Shown in pieces: positions 31,563 to 45,682 of a stretch of 64,000 nt of DNA; the stretch's first letter is position 1, and every line of letters starts with the position of its first letter. The translations under genes and the position numbers were made by a program. The notes under the pieces were generated by a model. It made no database searches and was not told the DNA's origin. It saw only the letters and a list, made by a program, of their open reading frames with translations. The DNA is from the human T2T-CHM13v2.0 reference genome, Homo sapiens: assembly GCF_009914755.1 (NCBI RefSeq), contig NC_060925.1; one strand, written 5' to 3'.

Positions 31563-33796
31563 AAGACAAGATAATGATGTGCACAAAGTATCAGGAAATA
31601 ATATTAAGTAAAAAACACATCTAGACATACAGCTGTATTTTACGGTATCTCAATTTTACAAAACATGTTCTCACACAAAAACATATGTGAGAACATTTTG
31701 TAAATAATATTATTCTACAAGTGCAAACACATAGTAGAAAATGTATCCATTTTGCAAACACAATTATTCAAATAATTCAAATAATTCAAATGTGTCAATA
31801 TTTTCATAAGTATGTTTAACTTTTACATTAGCATCATTCTATACCAGATGTGAAAGGCAGTTTTTTATTCATTTTAAGATTACTTCCTGCCCTCCTGAAA
31901 GTTAATGATGTTTTATTTTTCTAGTGGCAATGTATAGGGGAGAGGCATGGAAGTCAATTTGAAATAGATTTATATTGTCAAAGTTCAGAATTTTTAGAAG
32001 ACTTTCTGTATAGCCTGGTGCAATATCTCAGTGTACTTGACTAGAATATGAGATTTTAAATGTTGATTTCAGGATTTATATATGTTAGATAAATATTGCT
32101 ATCAATTATGTTGCTCAAATTTGTAAAAATGTTTTTTTACCTTGTTCATTTAGTATTGGAAGATATAATATAGAACCTCCTATTATAAGACGGTATTTTC
32201 TTGTACTCCTCTCAAATTCATATATATAATATATAGATATGCTCACATGCATAGTTGTATAATGTATATTATGTGTGTATGTGATCATGCATACATGTTT
32301 CCAAACATAAACATACACATATAAATATATATATTTGTGGCACTGTGTACATATGTGTGTATATGAAGATAAATATATTATATAACATTATATTATCATG
32401 AAGGACTATACAATAATGAAAAATAATATACATTTATTATTATTAGATAAATCTATAATTTAAATTATTGTATCTTCCCAGGAATTCAACCTTTTACCAT
32501 GTGGTATCTGATAATACTCTTTGTCTTAAGATCTTTTAAAAATGATTCTAACATAGATAAGCTGGCTTTCTTCTAGTTTCTCCTTGCATGATAATTTAAA
32601 TTTTTTTTCATCTTTCAGTGATCTTTTACTGACAACATACATATAGAAATTTTAAATCAAATTTGATAAAAGTTGTCATTTAACTAGTTAACCTCTTTAT
32701 GTATAGGCTAATAATTAACATATTTTGGCCTGCTTCTGCTATCTTCACTTCAATTTATAACACTTCTATATTCTCCTACTTGTCTGTTTTTAAAACTTAT
32801 ATTTCCATCTCACCCTTTAAGACAATTACATTAGTAAACTCATATTCTTTTTCTTCCCTCCCTCCACCATGTTGGTATACTTTCTGTTTCTCTTTTCTTT
32901 GATCAGGGCTTTCTTTTTAAGTCATAGGCACACATAATCAAGTTCGTTTTTCATTCTTACTTGTCTTTTGGCCTGCAGCTTTTTAAAATTTTTTTTTAAT
33001 TTTCTATTGAAAAGTACTTCCAAAAATGTTTCTGTGTGCATCTTTGTCTGGAAAAACGACTGAGGCCTTCAGGTTCAGAGAATAGTTTTTGAGGATCTTA
33101 TGTTTAAATATCATTTTGTTTAGATTGAAATTCTAGTTTTAAAATTATTTTTTCCTTCAAGACAAGATGAGAGCATTTCTTTTGTACCTGGGGGGCTCGG
33201 TATGTTTTGAAAATCAGAACTTGGAGGTTTATAAAGATTACTTAATGCACATTTTTCTAGAAACCCCAGTGTTATCAGTGTCATTACTACAAAAGCAAAA
33301 GCACTAATATTTCAGCATCAAAACATATGAATATTTGTGTTTAAGTGGAATAAATAAAAATCATACATAGCCTTCTGTAAGCTCACATCTGGTTTCATTT
33401 TGCAAATAAATCGTGTTGTCATACTCACAAAACAAATCAAAACTTCCCATTTCTAAACTTTTTGTTTAGCAATTTATATGGGACTTTGGGCCAGCATTAT
33501 ATAAAAATGATTCCATTCTCCTCTTTCAAGTAGATTTGTTGTTGAGAATCAGTTTCAATCTAATTTTTGGATCTTTGCAGGTGATCTAAAGCCTTCATTC
33601 TCGGAGGCTTATGGAGTATTTATTTGTTTTTTATGTTCTTCAGTTTCACTATATGTCTTTGTATATATTTTTTCCTTCATTCTATGCTTATCAATCTGAG
33701 GACACTCATGTTCTCTCAAGAAGAAAGCAATTAACAGCCCCAGGAATTTAAATATCTAAATTACACAAGAGGTACACAAATACATGTTTTCTATAA

Positions 33797-34084
<288 letters not shown>

Positions 34085-35147
34085 CTATGTTAATTTAAAA
34101 AGGAAACAGGAATCCATAGCATGCTTTGAGTGTCATCATGTGCTAAAGTGCACTGGTGCTAAAGAGGTCCAGAGGAGTAACACTCTGTCCATAAGGGCAC
34201 TCTGAAAATTTCTAGAAGACAAACTCTCAGTTGAGTCTAAAATGTTGTAGGAGAGGCAGTCAGATAGAGGAATGTGGGAATGGCTTTCCAGGCAATGAGA
34301 AGAGAATTAGCAAAGTCATGAAGCATGAAAATGTTTTATACTTCTGAAATGTAAGATATAAGGAACACACAAGTGCCAGAGGTTAAAAAAAAAAAAAAAA
34401 AGAATGCAGATTATTCAAAGTCTTCTGAAACAATACAAGAAGCAAGGAATGTATTGAAAAGAAAATGGGCAAATATTGAAAGATTTCAGTGGGATAAAAA
34501 TGTGGCTTATAGAGAGAAATGTGGATCTGTGAAATGAAAATGAATTAGACAAATCAAGCCTAAAAGAAAAATCAAGCAACTATTGAAATATTCCAGCCAA
34601 TAAATCCTGTGTTCCTGCAATAGAGAAAATGTAGATGTTCAGGAAAGTGATAGTTTTATGGGCACAGAGGACAAATATGGCAGGGTCCAACACCAAGGAA
34701 GAGGATACTGATGAGAGCTGACAAGAGAAGAGTTAAGGAGAATAGGGTCGGCGCCCCAGCATGAAACTGTAGTGCTGCGGCAGAAAGTTATTCATATAAG
34801 GTGGGAGGCTGCAGCCCATTTACACCTAGGCCACTCCAGTCATAGTGGTGGGTGTGGGAAGATTTAAGAAACAACAGGCAGGTTTTGGGGGATAGGCTCC
34901 AGCCCCAGTAAAGGATGGGAAGAGCAACCAAGCACTTTGACACTCCACAGCCCATACTCTAAACACTGAGACAATTGCTTGTTCACAGACCTCCCTCTAA
35001 CACCTGGACCCAATTCAACTATCCTCATTCAATGGGATGAATTACTTGGACATTCCTAAAGCAAAAGTTCTTCACTCAATTTCTACAGTAACTCATTTGG
35101 TCATTAAGTCCTTCTTTATCACACATATTCATGGACAACTCTTTCTT

Positions 35148-35876
35148 TTATTATTATTATTATTATACTTTAAGTTTTAGGGTACATGTGCATAACGTGC
35201 AGGTTTGTTACATATGTATACATGTGCCATGTTGGTGTGCTGCACCCATTAACTCATCATTTAGCATTAGGTATATCACCTAATGCTATCCCTCCCCCCT
35301 CCCCCCACCCCACAACAGTCCCCAGTGTGCGATGTTCCCCGTCCTGTGTCCATGTGTTCTCATTGTTCAATTCCCACCTATGAGTAAGAACATGCGGTGT
35401 TTGGTTTTTTGTCCTTGCGATAGTTTGCTGAGAATGATGGTTTCCAGCTTCATCATCCTGATACCAAAGCTTGGCAGAGACACAACAAAAAAAAGAGAAT
35501 TTTAGACCAATATCCTTGATGAACATTGATGCTCAATAGAATACTGGCAAACCAAATCCAGCAACACATCAAAAAGCTTATCCACCATGATCAAGTGGGC
35601 TTCATCCCTGGGATGCAAGGCTGGTTCAACATACAAAAATCAATAAACGTAATCCAGCATATAAACAGAACCAAAGACAAAAACCAAATTATTATCTCAA
35701 TAGATGCAAAAAAGTCCTTTGACAAAATTCAACAACCCTTCATGCTAAAAACTCTCAATAAATTAGGTATTGATGGGACGTATCTCAAAATAATAAGAGC
35801 TATCTATGACAAACCCACAGCCAATATCATACTGAATGGAGAAAAACTGGAAGAATTCCCTTTGAAAACTGGCACA
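35148..35876. mobile_element. Twin-primed L1PA insertion: 3' end on minus (35148-~35452), inverted ORF2 RT fragment on plus (~35450-35876)
   Basis: TSD ATG(G/A)ACAACTCTTTCTT at 35131-35147 and 35877-35893; peptide [17 protein letters not shown]. Confidence 0.92.
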
Positions 35877-35999
35877 ATGAACAACTCTTTCTTATGGGCC
35901 ACTTATTCACATAGGCATACATCTTCTTTTAAATTCTCTGTATACATGTGTAACACTATATACCATTTTTCTCTTGCAGGCTCACTTATATCTTTAGAG

Positions 36000-36264
36000 A
36001 TGGCAAATAACTACAAGAAAATTGTTCTACTGAAAGGATTAGAGGTCATCAATGATTATCATTTTAGAATTGTTAAGTCCTTACTGAGTAACGATTTAAA
36101 ACTTAATCCAAAAATGAAAGAAGAGTATGACAAAATTCAGATTGCTGACTTGATGGAGGAAAAGTTCCCAGGTGATGCCGGTTTGGGCAAACTAATAGAA
36201 TTCTTCAAAGAAATACCAACACTGGGAGACCTTGCTGAAACTCTTAAAAGAGAAAAGTTAAAAG
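36000..36264 (+). CDS. PYHIN1: PYHIN1 (IFIX) exon 2 coding part: pyrin (PYD) domain
   Basis: [29 protein letters not shown]...LKREKLK. Acceptor ttgcag|35980, ATG 36000, donor G|GTAATT; 265 nt. Confidence 0.97.
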
Positions 36265-36753
36265 GTAATTGGGAAGAGGGAACACCCACTCCCTGCAATG
36301 ATCCCCACCCTTCCCAACCTTGATTAGAACGCCACCTTGGTCGTAGCTGATACATCCTTTTCCCAATTTGTGACTCACTGGCCATGGCAATGTTGGTACT
36401 TCAGATGCCAACAAGTTGACAACTTATGGCATTCCATTACTAAAGTGGATTGACGTATATCGGAGTTGAGGTGCAGTAAAAGAACAAAAAGGAGAGGGAG
36501 TTGAAGAGAGACTGAGACTTCTAGTACATTCGAAAGATTACATAATGACAAAATAAAATTATAAAAATTGTTGTTTATATCTGAGATATGTACATTTAGT
36601 CAATTAATGTGTTCATTCTATTGAGAATATTCAACACACCATCATCCTTTATAATACAAAAGATAACAATACTTAAATGTAAGCATTGCTCCCGGAAGTG
36701 TGAAGACCTCCCCTCTTGTCATGTTATTGAGTTAAAATAATTAAAACAAACTC

Positions 36754-37057
36754 AGCCTGGCGCTGTTGCTCACGTCTGTAATCCCAGCACTTTGGGAGGC
36801 TGAGGTGGGTGGATCACGAGGTCAGGAGATCGAGACCATCCTGGCTAACAAGGTGAAACCCGTCTCTACTAAAAAATACAAAAAATTAGCCAGGCGTGGT
36901 GGCAGGCACCTGTAGTCCCAGCTACTCGGAGGCTGAGGCAGGAGAATGGCGTGAACCCGAGAGGCGGAGCTGGCAGTGAGCCGAGATCGCGCCACTGCAC
37001 TCCCGCCTGGGCGACAGAGCGAGACTCCGTCTCAAAAAAAAAAAAAAAAGAAAAAAA
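36754..37057 (+). mobile_element. AluY
   Basis: AluY diagnostics gagatcgagaccatcctggctaac and ggagaatggcgtgaaccc. Confidence 0.93.
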
Positions 37058-37486
37058 GTCAAAACTCACCATATCTCACCTCACAAACCTATTTAACATC
37101 TCCTTTCACTAGTTTCTGTAATTTAAATAGATTATCTGGAGAATATGACTAAGCAGTCAGCATCATGAGAACCTTACATTTTAAAAGGAAATGATAGAAT
37201 AGGATTGGGAAAGGGTTTGACTGAGCACATGGAGTTCAGAGGACAGGAAGGATGTTCTCACTGCACAGGGGAGGAGTGATGAAAGCACTGAGGAGTGTGA
37301 GTCAGTGTTTGTGCCTTTGTTTCTCCTGCTGGCCTCCTGGAAGCCAGACTAGGCTAATGCAATAGAGATAGACTAAAATACACCTGAACCCTCAAGCAGG
37401 AGCTAAGAGCAAATAGTATTGAAACTGCTTCGGGTGTCCCCGATCATCTGCTCTGGGTTTATACATCTTCCTTTTTTCTGCATTAG

Positions 37487-37632
37487 TTGCAAATAAAATT
37501 GAATCCATTCCAGTCAAAGGAATAATCCCATCTAAAAAGACGAAACAGAAAGAAGTGTATCCTGCTACACCTGCATGCACCCCAAGCAACCGTCTCACAG
37601 CTAAAGGAGCAGAGGAGACTCTTGGACCTCAG
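37487..37632 (+). CDS. PYHIN1: PYHIN1 exon 3 (alternative in-frame acceptor at 37514)
   Basis: cattag|TTGCAAAT...CCTCAG|gtaagc; 146 nt restores frame; VANKIESIPVKGIIPSKKTKQKEVYPATPACTPSNRLTAKGAEETLGPQ. Confidence 0.95.
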
Positions 37633-38169
37633 GTAAGCTTCAGGAAGAGGAGCAGGCTTCAAGTCTCACAGTGGAAGCTCTGCTGTGGCTGTTCCACTCA
37701 ATCTGTCCAGCAGGCAGTTATTTCTTCATATGTTTCCCATCAAGTTTCAGATTTATCAAATTACATAATAATTGATCATCTTTCTGCAAGGCAACAAGTT
37801 AAACGCTTTAGTAAACATAATGTAAATATACATAAAATAAATATAATATTTTCATCTCCAATAGAGAAGGATGTTAACTTGAGAGTCAGATAAAAAAACG
37901 TTTGCCTATGTTTACAAAAGCCTAGTTTCTTAACTGCAAGTCAGCATATCCCAAAACACAAGTAATTAAGGAATGATGTGTGTTACTTTCTCTGCTCCCT
38001 TTTTAAAAATGAAACCATCTATGCCATGTTCTTTCAATTGGCCTGGGGATGTACTTAAGTTTCCAAGAAAAACAATTTATATACAATAAATATATTACCT
38101 TGTAATGAAAATGTGCTCTGCTTCATTTGACACTGAAAGTAATTAACAAGAAAAATAAACTACTTGTAG

Positions 38170-38337
38170 AAAAGAAAAAAACCATCTGAAGAAGAGACTG
38201 GAACCAAAAGGAGTAAGATGTCCAAAGAGCAGACTCGGCCTTCCTGCTCTGCAGGAGCCAGCACGTCCACAGCCATGGGCCGTTCCCCACCTCCCCAGAC
38301 CTCATCATCAGCTCCACCCAACACTTCCTCAACTGAG
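38170..38337 (+). CDS. PYHIN1: PYHIN1 exon 4: NLS (KRKK...KRSK) and S/T/P-rich spacer
   Basis: ttgtag|AAAAGA...ACTGAG|gtacac; 168 nt, in frame; [21 protein letters not shown]...PPNTSSTE. Confidence 0.95.
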
Positions 38338-39040
38338 GTACACTCTTCCTGGTCCCCTTTTGATTCATTTTCTTCAACCCAAAATGTAGGAATCTGATTT
38401 CATCTTCTACTGAAAAATGACATCAATCATCAGCCAGTAAATCAAATGTATAGACTGAGAATTAACTGCATTTTAATCTTTTGCTTCCACAGGCATATTT
38501 GATGAACTTGACATTATCTCTGACTGCAGGAAGTTTTCTGTCCTGTGCTGTTTGGGGAAGAGACAGAGAACTGCGGAATCTGGAACTTTCAGCAACAGAC
38601 TCACTGTCTACTGCCCCCATCTATTATACACCCATTCCCTTTGCTCACTAATTTGTTCAAGTTTCTCTGACATACACCATGCTCCTTTTTCCTTTAGGAT
38701 TTTCACACACCATATTTCTTTCACCTTTAAACTCTTACCTGGCCAACCCTATCCACCCTCTGGATCCCAATATTGAGATCTTATCCTCAGGGAATCCTCA
38801 CTTAGACCCCTGTAACAGGTTAAATCTTCATGGTGTTCTGTTTCCTAGGAACTTCTTTCTTTTCTACTGTTTATGACAACTGAAGTTAATAAGTGTTTAT
38901 CTTTCCCACCTACTCAAAGTAGTTCCAAGATTAGGGCTAGTTTGTAATTCTGTGGACCACTGTAAACGAGGGCCTAGTTCAGTGTCTGCCTCATGGGAAG
39001 CTTCCAATAAATACCTTTGCTCAACGAAAAAATGAAAACC

Positions 39041-39401
<361 letters not shown>

Positions 39402-41066
39402 TCATCTGACTCAGTCAAAGATACCTATTGTGAGGCCAAAAGGTTGTAAAAACAAAGAGAAGTGATGGAATAGGGAAGAGAGCTCAGGAGTTTGGGAAAA
39501 TGTAGGCAGGCAGAAGACGATACACCAAGACTTACAAATGAAAGAAAGTAAATTACAATTAATAATTGCATGATTCTGATAATCCTTATAATGCTGTACT
39601 CATCTCAAATTTGGACAGGTCAGCCTTACTATATGCATGTATCAGCAATAGTCTAAAAACTAATTGAAACTCTAATGAGCTTTATTATTAAAAAAATGTT
39701 CTATATTTCTGATACACAATAAAGGGGATCAATTATGAAGGGCAACAAGTGATGAAACCACACCACCAACCTTAATTTGCTCTATTCCCTTTTTTCTTAC
39801 ATTTGATTTTGTATTAATGTAAGACTATTTCAGAAAAAAAGGAATAAATGCAGACAAACCAGATCAAACTTAATTAACTTTACGTGAAATTCCAGCATCC
39901 ATAACATGCCACATTTCTCTATATACCCTCTCATATTTACTCCTATGTATACACATATTTTTTCTGAAAATATCATCATACAATGTAATGTCCTATTATG
40001 TCTCTCTGAGCAGTTATATGATCCCCTTCATGCAGGTCTTGTATTCATGTGGCTCCTTGTGATGTTGCATATCAGTTACTATTAATATTCTCATGGATGG
40101 ATCTACGGTTACTGATTAACTTGTGTTGGGAAAGGACTTTTCTGTTTTAGGTTGAATGGGTCACATGGATGAAAAGTCAGATCAAATAAAGTCCAGTCAC
40201 TCACAGATGATCACTGTATATGGTATTCCAGATCAGACCACTCCAGGAGCTGCTGGTTTGTGAATGAAACAAACCTACCTATTCCTCCAGTGCTTTTTCT
40301 TGAAATTGAACAACTTTCCCTTCATTAATGTGTTCTGCTGCAAATTAAGGAAACCTGGATGTTATAGAGAAAGGATATTAAAGACAATCCACTCTGATCC
40401 TTGCTTTTCTGTCAGCATGCTACCTCCTAGAGCCCTGACATTGAGAAAGACTGCAATGGTGGTAATGACACTCTGTAGAGTGTCTGTAGCCTGAACCTAC
40501 TGAGATGAGGGCATTCTGAGGGGTTTAGCCCACAGGTGTTCTCACCTGCTTTAACAGCATTTATCTTAGGCAGGAAAAGTATGAGTTGTATGCTAAAAAT
40601 TGCCCTGTCTACATTGGTAATAACTAAACACTGTTCATGTATGTGGTTTGTGGTGGACACCCTTTACCATTTTCAGCGCTATTCAATTGTATTTTGTCTA
40701 TTTTTATGCTCTGGCATTTTAAGCTGGTAAGAGTAAAACTACAACTCATTATTTTATCCTAAATTTATTTTAAGTTAATTCATGATGATTGGCTCAGCAT
40801 CCACTTGTCTTTTGTTGCTATTATATCTTACATTTTAAGGATTATTCTGTTTAAAGAAAGTCTTCTTTTACTATGTGGTCTCCTATATTACTTCCTCTGG
40901 CTATGAGACTACTTCAGAATATCCTCTCCTTCCCTGTATCCTGGCCCCAGCTCTACACATCTACAACTTTTGGGGGCCCAATGTTGTGCCTTGAGGTCAC
41001 TGAAGAGCAATTCTGTATTCCTCACTCAAAAATTTCTTTTTTGTATTCCTTTTGTATCATGCGCAG

Positions 41067-41489
41067 AGCCTAAAACCATTGGCCAACCGTCACGCAACTG
41101 CCAGTAAAAATATTTTCCGAGAAGACCCAATAATCGCGATGGTACTAAATGCAACAAAAGTATTTAAATATGAATCCTCAGAAAATGAGCAAAGAAGAAT
41201 GTTTCATGCTACAGTGGCTACGCAGACACAGTTCTTTCATGTGAAGGTTTTAAACATCAACTTGAAGAGGAAATTCATTAAAAAGAGAATCATCATTATA
41301 TCAAATTATTCCAAACGTAATAGTCTCCTAGAGGTGAATGAAGCCTCTTCTGTATCTGAAGCTGGTCCTGACCAAACGTTTGAGGTTCCAAAGGACATCA
41401 TCAGAAGAGCAAAGAAAATTCCGAAGATCAATATTCTTCACAAACAAACTTCAGGATATATTGTATATGGATTATTTATGCTACATACG
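41067..41489 (+). CDS. PYHIN1: PYHIN1 exon 5: HIN-200 domain, N-terminal part
   Basis: Hallmark MFHATVAT motif; gcgcag|AGCCTA...CATACG|gtaagg; 423 nt, in frame. Confidence 0.97.
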
Positions 41490-42879
41490 GTAAGGCATCA
41501 AAGCTATTTTGTGGCATTTTCTACAATAACACTTGAAATTAAAAGCCCTGATGTGCTAAATGGAAGTTTGCATATTACTTAACATTAAAACTCAGGACTC
41601 TCTCAAAACTACTGACAAGTAGATAAAGTCTTCTTCGAGGTTAAGACCAGGATTAGGAGAACTATTAATGTTCTCATTCTTTCCAAAATATCACCCTGAA
41701 GTTCTTTAGTAAAACATTCACTGAGAAACCTTGAGACTTCATCAGCTATGACTATCTATTATGAGTCATAACGATCAAAGATAGTGAGGGATCTAGATCC
41801 ATACAAACATAATACTAAACTTATTTCTTTGATTATAATCTCAATTGTAGCAAAAATCACATTGTTTTCATTTTGAATACAGTATTGTTCTTTGAGGCTT
41901 GAGTTCCAGTTTTGACAATCAGGGCAAGAAATGAATTGACTGTTTATACCTGGAAATCAATTGCAGTAAACAGGTAGGACAATGTTCTGACCAAATGAAA
42001 TGCATTCATCAAAAAGTATTGAAGGGCTGAGAAATATAAATTTGGGTGATACTTGGAGAATCAGGTAATCTGTACTCGTATATTAGATATGTCGCAAAAA
42101 AAGAGCAGAAAAAATTTTCTGATATGTTACTGTCAAAATTCACGAAACTAGTTAGCTTGAGACATTCCAACTCAGAAAACCATCTATACCTGGCTATTGA
42201 GTCCAGTAATTTCTTAGATGACTGACAGCTCATGATCTGTTATATTTATTTTCTAGAATGACCTCTTATTTTACCAGCATTGCTTTCTGTACACACTCTT
42301 AAAGAAATTCTTAGAAATACACATCCAGAACGATGAGTAATAGCCTTGATGAGCAAGAAATTGGAATGTTTGAGCTTAAGGACCTGAGTTCAGGATGGGA
42401 GCAGATGTTGAAAGAGATTCAGTAAATGGAGAAAGTCAAAAAAGTAATTAGATAGTTACTAGAAGCTTGTTTTTTATTACAGATTCCTCATAACATAGTG
42501 AATGATGAGTTGTGACAGATGCCCATTCTTTTTGCATAGGGGCAGAGGCCAAATAAGCCTACCAAGGACTTCAGTTTCCTTTGTATCAAGGTGCTTTGGG
42601 AAGCATAGCAGTCTTGGAGGTGAAAGAAGTTGAAAATGGGAAGATAACTCATTGCTCTAGAACTGTAATAGAAATACTTAGAACATTAAGGACTTAAACA
42701 AAAAGGATATTGAGGGAGAGCTCTGTGAGATGGTCTAGACTAAGGCATATGTATTGTATGTCGATACAGTACTAGGAGTTGCTGTCTTGCATCTTGTTTT
42801 TAATCTGTCACAAGAGACTTTCCTGTATGCACGGTAGTTACTATGTTCTCACAAACATGATATTAATTTTTTGTTGCAG

Positions 42880-43068
42880 AAAATTGTAAATAGGAAGACG
42901 ACAATCTATGAAATTCAGGATAAAACAGGAAGTATGGCTGTAGTAGGAAAAGGAGAATGCCACAATATCCCCTGTGAAAAAGGAGATAAGCTTCGACTCT
43001 TCTGCTTTCGACTGAGAAAGAGGGAAAATATGTCAAAACTGATGTCAGAAATGCATAGTTTCATCCAG
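42880..43068 (+). CDS. PYHIN1: PYHIN1 exon 6: HIN-200 domain, C-terminal part
   Basis: ttgcag|AAAATT...ATCCAG|gtgaga; 189 nt; [17 protein letters not shown]...[12 protein letters not shown]...HSFIQ. Confidence 0.97.
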
Positions 43069-43964
43069 GTGAGAAATAAAGAAACAAATATTAGTTTTCC
43101 AAAGATGAAAATCATTTGCTTTAAGTTTTAGGAAGCCATACTTCTGTTGTTTTACACTTAAAATTCTGCAGAGTTCATGAGAAACCAAATAATGCCCTTG
43201 CGCTTACATTTAAATAGAGAAAATTATTAAAATATATTAAGAGATGGACAATTATCTTCTTCAAAAAGACATGAAACTTGTGCTAAATATTAAAATATTT
43301 GAAGAAACTAGGAGGCCACGGGCCTAATTGCAGTTAGTTATCAAAACCAAGTTCTTTGCAGTAAGATAGGCTTGGTATATATCTTGCTCATTGGTTGCAT
43401 GATATTGGAGAAATAGCTTACATGTTCCTCACACAATTGGTTTGAAAATTAAATGAGATCATGGATATACATTTTGTAGCCCATTGCCTTCCTTGTACCT
43501 TGTGACAAACCAGTATGCACTAGATACTACTGCTCTTAACAAGGTAAAGACAGACATTGGAAAGACTTCAGGCAGAGAAAATGTTGCATACAAACATTAA
43601 AAGTGAGAAAAAGCATAGTGAGTTCTGTACAACTTTGGCATATGTGGAAAGGTATGAGAAATTCATGCAAGACAGGTAACAAGCAGCCCTTTTCTCATCT
43701 GTCTTATGCCATAAAGACAAAAATGGATTTCATTTTAAAAAATAAGTGAATAAAGATTTTATTTTACTAAGAATGTTAGATCATTTTACATTTTAGCAAA
43801 AAAATATATTGGCAGTTGCCTGGAGGAATACATTAGATAGAGGCAATCTTTGAAGGTAATGACATCTATTAGAATTTAATAAAGGATGATATTCTCACAT
43901 ATTTAAAGATGTTTTGCTTTCCCTAATATTAAAAAACATTAAACAAAAAAATGAATACTTTCAG

Positions 43965-44132
43965 ATACAGAAAAATACAAACCAGAGAAGCCATGACTCC
44001 AGGAGCATGGCACTACCCCAGGAACAGAGTCAGCATCCAAAACCTTCAGAGGCCAGCACAACCCTACCTGAAAGCCATCTCAAGACTCCTCAGATGCCAC
44101 CAACAACCCCATCCAGCAGTTCCTTCACCAAG
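43965..44132 (+). CDS. PYHIN1: PYHIN1 exon 7: S/T/P-rich region (CDS continues beyond the window)
   Basis: tttcag|ATACAG...ACCAAG|gtacaa; 168 nt; 453 codons cumulatively with no stop. Confidence 0.93.
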
Positions 44133-45637
44133 GTACAATATCCTGGGTCCCATGACTCTTATCTCCCAAATATAAATTACAAGGATCATTAGATTGTTGA
44201 AAGAGTTTCTCTTCTAATCCCTAACTGTGTACAATCTCTAGATAAAATTAAATCACCCATGTATTTATTGAATGCATACAGTGAGATACTACCACATGAT
44301 AGTCTTTGCTATCTAAAAGATATTTATTTGTGCAACGATTGCTGACCACAAGAGGGCTAGTATCTTGTGTTGCTCCACCTATGGGAGGGGTAATGGCCAG
44401 AGAAGTAGAGATGAAGACAAAGAGTGTGTTATGACCCACATTCCAATTTCTTTCACAACTTTCCCCTTTGCTTATTGGTATTATTTCTGAATTTATTTTC
44501 AGCATTCCAAGTTGAAATAAATATTCGAAGTATATATTTGGAAACATGCTATTTCATTGTTGGGAATCTATTTCTCCCATCTCATCACTGGCAAGAATTT
44601 CCTTAAATTTCAGACACCAACTTAAGTATTTTCCTCTGGCAAGTCCTCAATGATACAAGATAGCAGAACTGTTGAGTCCTCCTATTGTTTGCTTTTACAG
44701 GGCCTCCTGTCAATGAGAGTAAAGTACTAATTTCACAGAAGTGAACAGAGAGGCTTATCATATAAGATGTTTTCCATACTTCCTTGATCTGGGGTTTCCC
44801 TTAATAGGGTCAGTGTAGCACATGATATATTTGTAGAAAAGAAAAAAACTACAAGTCCCAGCATAGAACATGTAACGACAATGTTCTGTGTTTGAGCATT
44901 TAACTAGGTGTTTGGTCTTACATGTTGTTCCTGATGTACATTATCTCATTCCTTCTTCATAACCATCAAGAGGATGCTACTTTCTGTCCCAATTGACATA
45001 GAAGAAAATAGACACACTCAAACATAAAAAAAAAGTCTTCCTCAAGTTCTCAAAGACAGTGTTAGAGTCAGGATTCATATCCAGCCCTATTGAAATGTAA
45101 AACTTGAACAATTTATGATTATATGGGGCTTTAGATTAAAAGTTGAGATATACTAATGTCAGCAATTTATTTTACAAATTTCAGAATTGACAGTGTCATT
45201 TAATGAATATGTTTGCATAGCCCAGGCTCTGCAGGGCTTCTCAAAAATAATGAGGTACCCAGAATGAACAAAGTGTACTGTCATACAGAAGCCACTCTCC
45301 AGAATTAGAGTCCTCTCATTCTTCTCTATAACAGAGTGCTTTTTATATATTACATAACTGAATTCTAGAAGTGGTAGAACTATGGAAAGTAACCTATTAA
45401 TGAATGGTAAAAAATATCAGTGAAAATAGAGAAAATTATATGATTGAGGAGACCTATGTCCTTGCTTTTGGAAAAAAATGTTAAAAAACATTTACTGCAA
45501 ATGCTCAAGTAGATTGTTAAGTATTTCTAAATATGATTAACAGCCCTGAGGATTCTGGCTAACTTATGCAGACTACAAAACAGCAGAATTCTGCATCTGG
45601 AATTGTGGATTTGAAAGAATCCTTCTAGCACAGTGAT

Positions 45638-45682
<45 letters not shown>
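45638..45682. repeat. (GATA)n tetranucleotide microsatellite
   Basis: About 11 uninterrupted TAGA units. Confidence 0.97.

Noticed and set aside
43951-44175. Second open reading frame across exon 7
   Set aside because: Short, and expected by chance in C/A-rich codons; I could not identify a splice route that uses it.
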